Assembly (NCBI RefSeq): GCF_042660085.1
Contig: NZ_JBHSTI010000008.1
Span: 1,993,590 to 2,025,589 of the forward strand
DNA: 32,000 nt
From: Longivirga aurantiaca
GTDB taxonomy: Bacteria; Actinomycetota; Actinomycetes; S36-B12; CAIYMF01
Direction: 5' to 3'
In this document: positions 8,192 to 15,749 of the stretch, in pieces
Position numbering within the stretch: position 1 is the first letter of the stretch
How the letters are laid out: every line of letters starts with the position of its first letter
The notes under the pieces: generated by a model
What the model was told of the DNA's origin: nothing
The model's input: the letters and a program-made list of their open reading frames with translations, nothing else
Database searches by the model: none
Position numbers and translations under genes: made by a program

Positions 8192-8245
8192 GCGATTCGT
8201 TAGTGGAATCTCGCACTCGGCCCCGAGTTTCCACTACCGAATCGC
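8192..8245. repeat. Long imperfect intergenic inverted repeat
   Basis: Left 8192-8213 gcgattcgttagtggaatctcg versus reverse complement of 8224-8245 gcgattcggtagtggaaactcg: 20/22 identical, 10-nt loop. Confidence 0.9.
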
Positions 8246-8302
8246 GCGCGGATGCGCCGATAGCAGTCGCTTCGCGCGTGGCGGCCGAGCATCCTGGCCC
8301 GT

Positions 8303-8545
8303 ATGGCGGCGGCAGGGACAAGGACGCGAAGCAGGGTTCCCGCGCTGCTCGCGGGCGTCGGCAGCGGCCTGGCGGTGGTCTTCCTGCTGCTTCCGGCGAG
8401 AGGTGTCGATACCGACCCTCCCGCCTGCTCCTCCGCGCTCGGCTACTCGGTGCCCTGCGGCTCGGGCTGGGCCTTCGGCGCTGCCCTCGCTGTCGGTCTG
8501 CTCGCCGCCGGGGCGGTCGCGTGGGTCCTCGGCCGCAGGCCGTAG
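8303..8545 (+). CDS. Small hypothetical membrane protein (about 80 aa, two hydrophobic segments)
   Basis: MAAAGTRTRSRVPALLAGVGSGLAVVFLLLPARG...WAFGAALAVGLLAAGAVAWVLGRRP*; high GC at codon third positions, no obvious RBS. Confidence 0.6.
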   Translation: MAAAGTRTRSRVPALLAGVGSGLAVVFLLLPARGVDTDPPACSSALGYSVPCGSGWAFGAALAVGLLAAGAVAWVLGRRP

Positions 8546-8709
8546 CCCCCTCCCGCGACCCTGCACTCAGCCACCGATGGGCGTCAGGCGGTATGCCGTG
8601 TTCGCTTGGGGCTGAACGCTTCTCCGCGATATGGCTCCCGATCCGGATCCTACTGTCGGAGGTGGCTGAGAGGCTTTCATCAGTCGTCCAGCAGATGAGG
8701 GAGGTGACC

Positions 8710-10404
8710 ATGTCGACCACGTTCGACTCCGTCGAGACGTCCGCGTCGTACGACGAGGCGTTCCCGCCAGGGTGGTCACCGGTCACCCGCGAGCAGGAGC
8801 ACGCGTTCGCCGAAGCGCTGCGGCGCGACTTCCCGCCCGAGCGCCACGTCGACCCCGCCGGTGACGACCTGCCCGACCCGGGGCCGTTCTCCGAGCTCGG
8901 CCTCGTCGCTGCGGTCGACGGCCCGGCGGACCCGTTCGACCTCGTGCTGCTGCACGCCCTGGACCCCGAGTCGCTGTCCGACCCCGGCGACCAGCTGCGG
9001 ATGCTGTCGGCGCTGGACAAGGTGGAGTGCCTGACCCAGTCGCTGCGGATCCGCACCCTCATGGCGCTCGGCGACGACGACGAGTACTGGACCGGCCTGG
9101 ACGAGCAGGACCTGCAGCACGAGATCGCCATCGCCCGGCGCACCTCGGAGTACAACGCCGGCAAGGCCCTCGAGCTCGCCCGTTCCATCACCCGCGACTA
9201 CCCCGACCTCCTCGCCGCGCTCACCGACGGACGGGTGTCCTGGGGCCACCTCGCGGTGCTGGTCGACCGCACCCGCTACGTCACCGACCCCGCCGCGATC
9301 GCGGCGATCTCCGCCCGCGCCCTGACGCGGGCGCTGACCCGCACGCCCGGGCAGTTCGCCACCGAGGTCGAGAAGCTCGTCGCCCGGTTCGACCCCGACG
9401 CCGCCGAGCGCCACCGCCGCGCCAAGAAGAAGGAGCGCAGGGTCTGGGTCAAGCGCCTCGCCGACGGCATGGGCATGCTCGGCTACGTCGACGACTGGGC
9501 CATCATCAGCGCCGTCCACGAGACCATCGCCGCCGACGCCCGCTCGAGCAAGAAGGCCGCCCGCGCCCAGAAGCGCGCCCGCACGGCCGCCCGCCGTGAC
9601 GGCACACCGTCGGAGCCGACGCCCGGCACCGACGTCGTCCTCGCTGACGAGGCCGACGTCGTCCCGACCGACGGCGACCACAGTGGCCCGCGCCACGGCG
9701 ACCACGCCGCCTCGGGCGGCAGCGACCACCGCGCCTCGACGACGGACGACGCGGACGACGTCGAGGACGAGGAGCCCGACGCCGACACCGCCCGCGCGGA
9801 CGCGCTCGCCGCCCGTGTGCTGGGCACCCTGAACCCCGACGGGTCCGTGGTCTGGGACCGGGCCGCCTCGGTGGTGTTCGAGGGCCACCTGGTCATCGAC
9901 TTCCTGACCCTCACCCGCGAACGCGACCGTGTCGCCCTCCTGGACGGGCAGCCCCTGCCGCCGGAGACCGCCCGCGAGTACGCCGGCACCGTGAAGACCT
10001 GGCGCCGGTTCGTCACCGATCACCTCATCGACGTGGGCAACCGCTACACCGACGACACGCTGCACCGCTTCATCCTGGCCCGCGACATCTGCCGCAACCC
10101 GGTCCACGACCACATCCCCACCTCCACCCGGCTGCAGATGGACCACGCCGAGGAAGCACCCCACGGCCCCACCAGCGCCGACAACTGCGGCGGCATCTGC
10201 ATCCCCAGCCACCAGCTCAAGACCGCCCGCCGGGTCGACATCACCGACTCGAGAGCAGACGGCTCCTGCACCTGGACCACCCGAGCCGGGCAGGTCGTCC
10301 ACATCCCACCCCGCCCGTTCCTCGACCACCCCGACCCACCGCTGCTCCCCCGGCGTCGCCATGGGCCGGCGCCCGACCCTGCCGACGACATCCCGCCCTT
10401 CTGA
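8710..10404 (+). CDS. DUF222/13E12-type HNH endonuclease-motif protein
   Basis: N-terminal helical DUF222-like region, then RFILARDICRNPVHDHIPTSTRLQMDHAEEAPHGPTSADNCGGICIPSHQLKTARR (DH...N...H HNH pattern). ggaggtg RBS upstream of ATG. Confidence 0.88.
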   Translation: MSTTFDSVETSASYDEAFPPGWSPVTREQEHAFAEALRRDFPPERHVDPAGDDLPDPGPFSELGLVAAVDGPADPFDLVLLHALDPESLSDPGDQLRMLSALDKVECLTQSLRIRTLMALGDDDEYWTGLDEQDLQHEIAIARRTSEYNAGKALELARSITRDYPDLLAALTDGRVSWGHLAVLVDRTRYVTDPAAIAAISARALTRALTRTPGQFATEVEKLVARFDPDAAERHRRAKKKERRVWVKRLADGMGMLGYVDDWAIISAVHETIAADARSSKKAARAQKRARTAARRDGTPSEPTPGTDVVLADEADVVPTDGDHSGPRHGDHAASGGSDHRASTTDDADDVEDEEPDADTARADALAARVLGTLNPDGSVVWDRAASVVFEGHLVIDFLTLTRERDRVALLDGQPLPPETAREYAGTVKTWRRFVTDHLIDVGNRYTDDTLHRFILARDICRNPVHDHIPTSTRLQMDHAEEAPHGPTSADNCGGICIPSHQLKTARRVDITDSRADGSCTWTTRAGQVVHIPPRPFLDHPDPPLLPRRRHGPAPDPADDIPPF

Positions 10405-10424
10405 CCACCCCCGCACGGCCGTGA

Positions 10425-10449
10425 GCCGGACCCCACCCCGGAGTCCGGC
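10425..10449. terminator. Candidate terminator hairpin between convergent genes
   Basis: gccggac / gtccggc 7-bp arms with 11-nt loop just after the HNH-gene stop. Confidence 0.35.
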
Positions 10450-10541
10450 GCACAGCCATGCCCGGTGACCGCACGGACGTCGGAGGAAGCGGGGAGGAGG
10501 GGGCACGACCCGAGGGCGACGAGTTCTGCGTCGGCCGACCG

Positions 10542-11366
10542 CTACTCGGTGAGGAAGTCGAGGACGAGGCGGCTGAAGGCCGCGGCGTGCTCGATCTGGG
10601 TCCAGTGCCCGCACCGGCCGAACACGTGCAGCCGTACGTCGGGCACCACGTCGAGCAGGTGCAGCGCATTCGACAGCGGGATCACCTGGTCCTCGCGGCC
10701 GTGCACCACGAGGGTCGGCTGAGGCAGGCGCGCGATCTCGTCGTCCGGCGTCACCATCGCGTCGACCCAGCGCTGGCGCGGGGCGGGGAACATCGCCGAG
10801 AACGACTCCTGGAAGCCGGGCTGGATCGACGCCTCGTAGCGCACCTGCGCGAGCTCGTCGGTCACGAGCTCGCGCGAGTGCGCGAAGATCCCGAGGAGCT
10901 CGCGCATGCTCTCGAGCGACGGCTCGTAGCCCCACACGCGGTCGAGCCCGTCGGTGATCTCGAACGGCACCCCCACGCTGCCCATGAGCACCAGACGCGA
11001 GACGCGGTCGGGGTGCCGCGCCGCCACCCGCAGCGCCAGCGCGCCGCCGAAGCTGTTGCCCACCAGCGCGACCTTCCCGAGCCCGAGCGCGTCGAGGAAC
11101 CCGACGACCTGGCCGACCCACGTGTCCATGGAGTAGTCGACGCCGTCGGGCCGCTCGGTGAAGCCGAAGCCGACCAGGTCCGGCGCGTACACCGCGAGCT
11201 GCTGCGACAGCACCGGGATCGTGAGCCGCCAGTTGGCGTACGCCGTCACCCCCGGGCCGGAGCCGTGCAGCAGCACCACAGGGTCGCCCGAGCCCGCGTG
11301 CAGGTAGTTGGTGCTGATGCCGGCGGCGACGACGGTCGAGCCGAGCTCGGGGCGCGGTGCGGTCAT
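10542..11366 (-). CDS. Alpha/beta-fold hydrolase, meta-cleavage-product-hydrolase-like
   Basis: MTAPRPELGSTVVAAGISTNYLHAGSGDPVVLLHGSGPGVTAYANWR...GNSFGGALALRVA...VVHGREDQVIP...FGRCGHWTQIEH: HGSGPG, GNSFGG nucleophile elbow, catalytic D and H. Confidence 0.92.
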   Translation of the reverse strand: MTAPRPELGSTVVAAGISTNYLHAGSGDPVVLLHGSGPGVTAYANWRLTIPVLSQQLAVYAPDLVGFGFTERPDGVDYSMDTWVGQVVGFLDALGLGKVALVGNSFGGALALRVAARHPDRVSRLVLMGSVGVPFEITDGLDRVWGYEPSLESMRELLGIFAHSRELVTDELAQVRYEASIQPGFQESFSAMFPAPRQRWVDAMVTPDDEIARLPQPTLVVHGREDQVIPLSNALHLLDVVPDVRLHVFGRCGHWTQIEHAAAFSRLVLDFLTE

Positions 11367-11440
11367 GCGCACCAGCATCGCGCACGCCGCAGCGGCGGCA
11401 CGCGAGCATCCCGGCACACGGAACGCCCGGAGCCGGGACG

Positions 11441-12439
11441 TCAGGAGGTGGCGACTGCGTTCGCGAGCACCTCGGGGGGCAGCGTCCAGTGCTCGCCCAG
11501 CAGCAGGTCGAGCGTGTCGGGTTGGAAGATGCGCCGACCCCCTGACGGCGTGCTGGTCAGCTCGCCCACGAGCACGCGGCCGTCGACGTCGTAGAGGTCG
11601 ACCCGCAGCATGTCCATGCCTGCCGCGAGCTCCTCGGCGAGCGCGACCATCTCCCCCGACGTCGAAGGCGCGGCGCCCTCACCATCCGGCTTACCCGCAT
11701 CCGTGGAACGGAGCAGCGGCCTCCAGTCGCGGTCGCGCAGCACGCCCGGGCCCAGACCGTCGGGGTCGAGCACCTCGATCGCACGCACGACGCCGTCGGC
11801 CACGAAGAGCTTGTACTCGCGCGCAGGGACCTGCGCCGTGCCGAGCAGCTCCTCCGCGAGCACGCGGTGCGGCACGTCGCGGTAGGCCCACTCGGGGTAG
11901 CGGTTCGGGCCGTGCTCGAAGCCGAGCGTGAGCCACCAGCGGAGCAGCCCCGTCGCCCGCGCGACGTCGAGGTCGTCGGGGTGGATGCGGTACCTGCTCC
12001 ACAGCACGCTCCGGGGCCGGCTCGGCAGCTCCACGCCGCGCGCGAACCGGTCGCTCACCAGAACCGCACCGCCCGACCCGTGGGTGGCCTTGACGGCGAC
12101 CTCGCGCGGCAGCTCCGCCCAGGGCACGGCGCCGGCGGCGTCCCACACGCCGTACAGCGTCGGGAGCCGGTCGGCCCCCACCCTCTCGGTCACCACCTCG
12201 CGCACCGCGACGCGGTCGGCCAGCGTCGTGAGGATCGGACGTCGGTCGTGGGCGAGCCGGAACAGCAGCTTGTCGTGGAAGCCCTGCGGTTCGGGCCCGG
12301 CGAGCGAGGCGAGCGTGCGGTACGCCCGCGCAGTGGGCCAGAGCCCGGCACGTGCGTCGACCACCGCGTGCAGCGCCGTGCGGGCACGGCGGGGAAGGCG
12401 GTCGCGCACGACCGCGAGCGATCGCGTCGTCGACCTCAC
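11441..12439 (-). CDS. TupA-like ATP-grasp protein
   Basis: PQGFHDKLLFRLAHDRRPILTTLADRVAVREVVTERVGADRLPTLYGVWD...LPREVAVKATHGSGGAVLV...DMLRVDLYDVDGRVLVGELTSTPSGG. GTG start preceded by ggggagg. Confidence 0.85.
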   Translation of the reverse strand: MRSTTRSLAVVRDRLPRRARTALHAVVDARAGLWPTARAYRTLASLAGPEPQGFHDKLLFRLAHDRRPILTTLADRVAVREVVTERVGADRLPTLYGVWDAAGAVPWAELPREVAVKATHGSGGAVLVSDRFARGVELPSRPRSVLWSRYRIHPDDLDVARATGLLRWWLTLGFEHGPNRYPEWAYRDVPHRVLAEELLGTAQVPAREYKLFVADGVVRAIEVLDPDGLGPGVLRDRDWRPLLRSTDAGKPDGEGAAPSTSGEMVALAEELAAGMDMLRVDLYDVDGRVLVGELTSTPSGGRRIFQPDTLDLLLGEHWTLPPEVLANAVATS

Positions 12440-12595
12440 ACGGCCTCCCCCTCGTCCCCACGCACCCTAGCCACGCGCTCCGGCACAGGACGCGTACGCA
12501 CCGGCAGCACGGCACCCACGGGTCGTCACCGGACGTTCACCGACGCGTCGGCAGAACACGATCCCGATGACCGAATCCGCCGCTGGTCTACGCGC

Positions 12596-13162
12596 GTGAG
12601 CGTGCTGACGCAGCCGCTGGTCGCCCCCGCCCCGCTGGCGCGACCGGCCCAGGACTCCGACCTGACCGCCATCCTCGACGTGTACGCCGCCTGCCGCGCG
12701 AGCGATCCGACGTACCCGGCTGCGGTCGGCAGCGCGACGACACCCGACCTCGCCGAGTGGTTCTTCCGCAAACCGCTGGCCGCGTGCCTCGTGGTCGAGA
12801 ACGCCGACCGGGTCATCGTCGGCGTGGCGGGGCTGAGCGCCGCCGCCCCGCCCCAGTCCGCGCGCGGCGACCGACGCGTGCACTGGATGGAGTCGTGCCG
12901 GCTCGCGGTCCATCCCGAGCACCGAGGCGGCGCCGCCTCACGGGCCCTGACGTCGGCGCGGATGCGCGCGGCCTCCGACCTCGGGGCCGATCGGCTCTGG
13001 CTGCGCTGCCTGCCCGGCTCCCCCGCGCACGGCCTCTACCTGCGCGTGGGCTGGTCGTTCCTCTCCCGCGGGCACATCGACGTGCCTGGCGAGGCGTCAC
13101 GCCCCGCCGTGCTGCTGCAGCGCGCCGTCCCCGCGATGCCGACGTACCGCGTGGTGACTTGA
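12596..13162 (+). CDS. GNAT-like N-acetyltransferase
   Basis: VSVLTQPLVAPAPLARPAQDSDLTAILDVYAACRASDP...VIVGVAGL...LAVHPEHRGGAASRALTSARMRAASDLGADRLWLRCL. Confidence 0.78.
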   Translation: MSVLTQPLVAPAPLARPAQDSDLTAILDVYAACRASDPTYPAAVGSATTPDLAEWFFRKPLAACLVVENADRVIVGVAGLSAAAPPQSARGDRRVHWMESCRLAVHPEHRGGAASRALTSARMRAASDLGADRLWLRCLPGSPAHGLYLRVGWSFLSRGHIDVPGEASRPAVLLQRAVPAMPTYRVVT

Positions 13163-13210
13163 CCCGACACGGTCCGCGACGGGCAGTGTCCGCTGTGGTG
13201 GGATCGGCGC

Positions 13211-14278
13211 ATGGCCCCCGACCCGGTGACCGCGTCCGGGCGTGCCGATCCCCTGCTCGTCGCCCGCCTGCGCGCGCAGCTGCTGACCAGCCGCGCGGCG
13301 ACCGACCCGGTCGACGTCGTCGAGCGCCTCCTCGCCGTCCAGGCGCAGGACGGCCGCGGCTTCCGGCTCGCCGTGCGCGCCCGGTCCAGCGTCGCCGGCG
13401 CCTCGGCGGTCGACCACGCGCTCACCCACGACCGCAGCCTCGTCGTCGACTGGCTGAACCGCGGCACCCTGCACCTCGTGCGCAGCGAGGACCACGCCTG
13501 GCTGCACATGCTGACCACGCCCCGGCTGACGACGGCGGGCAACCGACGGCTCGCGCAGGAGGGCGTCGACGCGGCCATGGCCGAGCGCGCGGTCGCGCTG
13601 GTGACGACGACCCTCCGCGAGGACGGGCCGCACACCCGCGCGCAGCTGCGCGACGTCCTCGACGCGGCAGGTGTGCGCACCGCCGGCCAGGCCCTCGTGC
13701 ACGTCCTCGGGGCCGCGTCGTTCGCAGGGCTCGCCCTGCGCGGCCCGGTGGTCGACGGCGAGCAGGCCTTCGTCGACCCCGAGTCGTGGCTCGGCCCGCG
13801 GCCCCCGCTGCCCGAGAGGGACGTCGCCCTCGCCGAGCTCGCGCGTCGCTACCTGGCCGGGCACGGGCCGGCGCGCGACCACGACCTCGCGTACTGGACC
13901 GGCCTCCCCCTCCGCGACGCGCGACGCGGGCTCGCAGGCGTGCGCGGCCTGGTCGACCATGGCGACGGGCTCGTCTCGCTGCACGCCGACGACGATGCGC
14001 CAGCCGTCCCCGATCCCGTGCTGCTCGGGCCGTTCGACCCCCTGCTGCACGGGTGGAAGTCGCGCGCCCTCGTCGTGGGCGACGACGAGGAGGGCGTGGT
14101 GACGAGCAACGGCCTCTTCCGCCCGGTCGCGCTGGTGGACGGTGTCGCGGTCGCGGTGTGGGGCCTCGCGGGCGGCCGGCTCACCTGGACGGTGCGCGAC
14201 GGCCACCGGCTGAGCAGCCCCGTCGAGCAGGCGCTGCGCATCGACGCCGCACGGGTCGTCGACTACCTCGGCAGCTGA
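13211..14278 (+). CDS. Winged-helix DNA-binding domain protein, AlkZ/HTH_42 family-like
   Basis: VVERLLAVQAQDGRGFRLAVRARSS...LVVDWLNRGTLHLVRSEDHAWLHMLTTPR...LLGPFDPLLHGWKSR...VTSNGLFRPVALVDGVAVAVWGL. Confidence 0.85.
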   Translation: MAPDPVTASGRADPLLVARLRAQLLTSRAATDPVDVVERLLAVQAQDGRGFRLAVRARSSVAGASAVDHALTHDRSLVVDWLNRGTLHLVRSEDHAWLHMLTTPRLTTAGNRRLAQEGVDAAMAERAVALVTTTLREDGPHTRAQLRDVLDAAGVRTAGQALVHVLGAASFAGLALRGPVVDGEQAFVDPESWLGPRPPLPERDVALAELARRYLAGHGPARDHDLAYWTGLPLRDARRGLAGVRGLVDHGDGLVSLHADDDAPAVPDPVLLGPFDPLLHGWKSRALVVGDDEEGVVTSNGLFRPVALVDGVAVAVWGLAGGRLTWTVRDGHRLSSPVEQALRIDAARVVDYLGS

Positions 14279-14471
14279 CGGGCGAGACGCACGAGCCGCT
14301 CATGACGACGGCTGAGGCTGTGGAGCTGGCGCGACCCGAGCTCGGCCTCGACCAGCGCCCGCGAGGCCGCCGAGCACACCGACGACCTGCACGACCCCGA
14401 GGCGTCGCCGCGGCCTATCTGACGGTGGCCGCCGTCCTGCGGCTCTGAGGGCGGACGGAGCGAGCGGCGCT

Positions 14472-15749
14472 CTAGTGACCGGCGAGCTCCAGCTCGCGGA
14501 CGTCGGAGCGCAGCCTCGTCGAGGGCCAGCGCACGAAACCGATGCTGACCACCAGGAGCCCGATCGCGGCCATGACGGTGACGGCGAACGCCGGGCTGGT
14601 GCGGTCGGCGATGAATCCGGTCACGAGGTAGCCCAGCGCGGTGACGGCGGCGAACCCCGCGCTGGCGATGCCGACGACGCGTCCGCGGTGCTCGTTCTTC
14701 GTGAGCAGCGTGGTGAACGACATGACCGGCACGAGGAAGGCCTGCGCGACGCCGGAGACGAACCACAGCACGACCAGCAGGACGATCGGCGGCTCGATGC
14801 CGGTGAGGAGCAGGGGCAGGCACACCGTGATGGCGAGCGGCAGCACGAGGTCGAGCTGGTCGCGCGGGGTACGGCGTCCGACCAGGATCGACCCGAGCGC
14901 CGCCCCCGTGATGACCGACGCCATGAGCACACCGCCCCAGGCATCGAGCTCGCCGGCGTCGCGCACGTAGGCCAGGGCGACGGCCTCGGGCGCCACGAGC
15001 GAGGCGGCCATGCCCCAGCCGAGCAGGATCAGCGCGCGGCGCGACCTGTCGGCCATCAGCATCCGCCAGCCGTCGGCGAGGTCGGTGAAGAGCTGGCGCA
15101 CCGACTCGGTGGCGTCGAGCATCGCGGGCCGGTTGCGCAGGAACGCCGCGAGCAGCGCGTACGACACGATGAACGAGATCGCATCCACGAACAGCGCGGC
15201 CTGCGGGCTGCTGAGCTGCACGACGATGCCGCCGAGCACGAGGCCGATGGCCTGGTTCGCGAGGTGCAGCGAGCGCGTCAGGCCCGTACCGGCCGTGACG
15301 AGCCGCGGGCTCCCGAGCACGTCCGGGATGGACGCCGCCCGCGCCGACTCGAACAACGGCGTGAACAGCTCGGCCACGAAGAGCAGCGCGAACAGGACCC
15401 AGAGCGGGGCGCTGGTGCCGGCCATGAGCGCGAGCACACCGATGGTGATCGCGCGTGCGACGTCGGCGAGCAGCATGAGCGACTTGCGGCTGAAGCGGTC
15501 GGCGAGCGAGCCGAGGAGGGCGCCCCCGAGGAACGTGGGCACGAACGAGACCGCGAACGTGGCAGCGGCGAGCAGCGCGGAGCCGGTGTCGGACAGCACC
15601 AGCAGGGCCAGCGCGACCCGCGCGATCTGGTCGCCGGCCTCGCTCGCCACCTGGGCGGCCACGAGACCACGGAACTCGCGGACGGCGAGCACCTCACGCA
15701 GACCTGCGCGCTGACGCTCACCAGTCCGACCCACGTCGGCAGAGCTCAC
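14472..15749 (-). CDS. MFS transporter (multidrug-efflux type)
   Basis: VLAVREFRGLVAAQVASEAGDQIARVALALLVLSDTGS...GGALLGSLADRFSRKSLMLLADV...: 12-TM MFS pattern. GTG start overlaps glnE stop (GTGA). Confidence 0.9.
   Translation of the reverse strand: MSSADVGRTGERQRAGLREVLAVREFRGLVAAQVASEAGDQIARVALALLVLSDTGSALLAAATFAVSFVPTFLGGALLGSLADRFSRKSLMLLADVARAITIGVLALMAGTSAPLWVLFALLFVAELFTPLFESARAASIPDVLGSPRLVTAGTGLTRSLHLANQAIGLVLGGIVVQLSSPQAALFVDAISFIVSYALLAAFLRNRPAMLDATESVRQLFTDLADGWRMLMADRSRRALILLGWGMAASLVAPEAVALAYVRDAGELDAWGGVLMASVITGAALGSILVGRRTPRDQLDLVLPLAITVCLPLLLTGIEPPIVLLVVLWFVSGVAQAFLVPVMSFTTLLTKNEHRGRVVGIASAGFAAVTALGYLVTGFIADRTSPAFAVTVMAAIGLLVVSIGFVRWPSTRLRSDVRELELAGH

Noticed and set aside
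8710-10404. Restriction-modification or homing-endonuclease system call
   Set aside because: An HNH motif is present, but no methyltransferase, specificity subunit, intron/intein or recombinase is visible nearby; kept as DUF222/HNH protein only.
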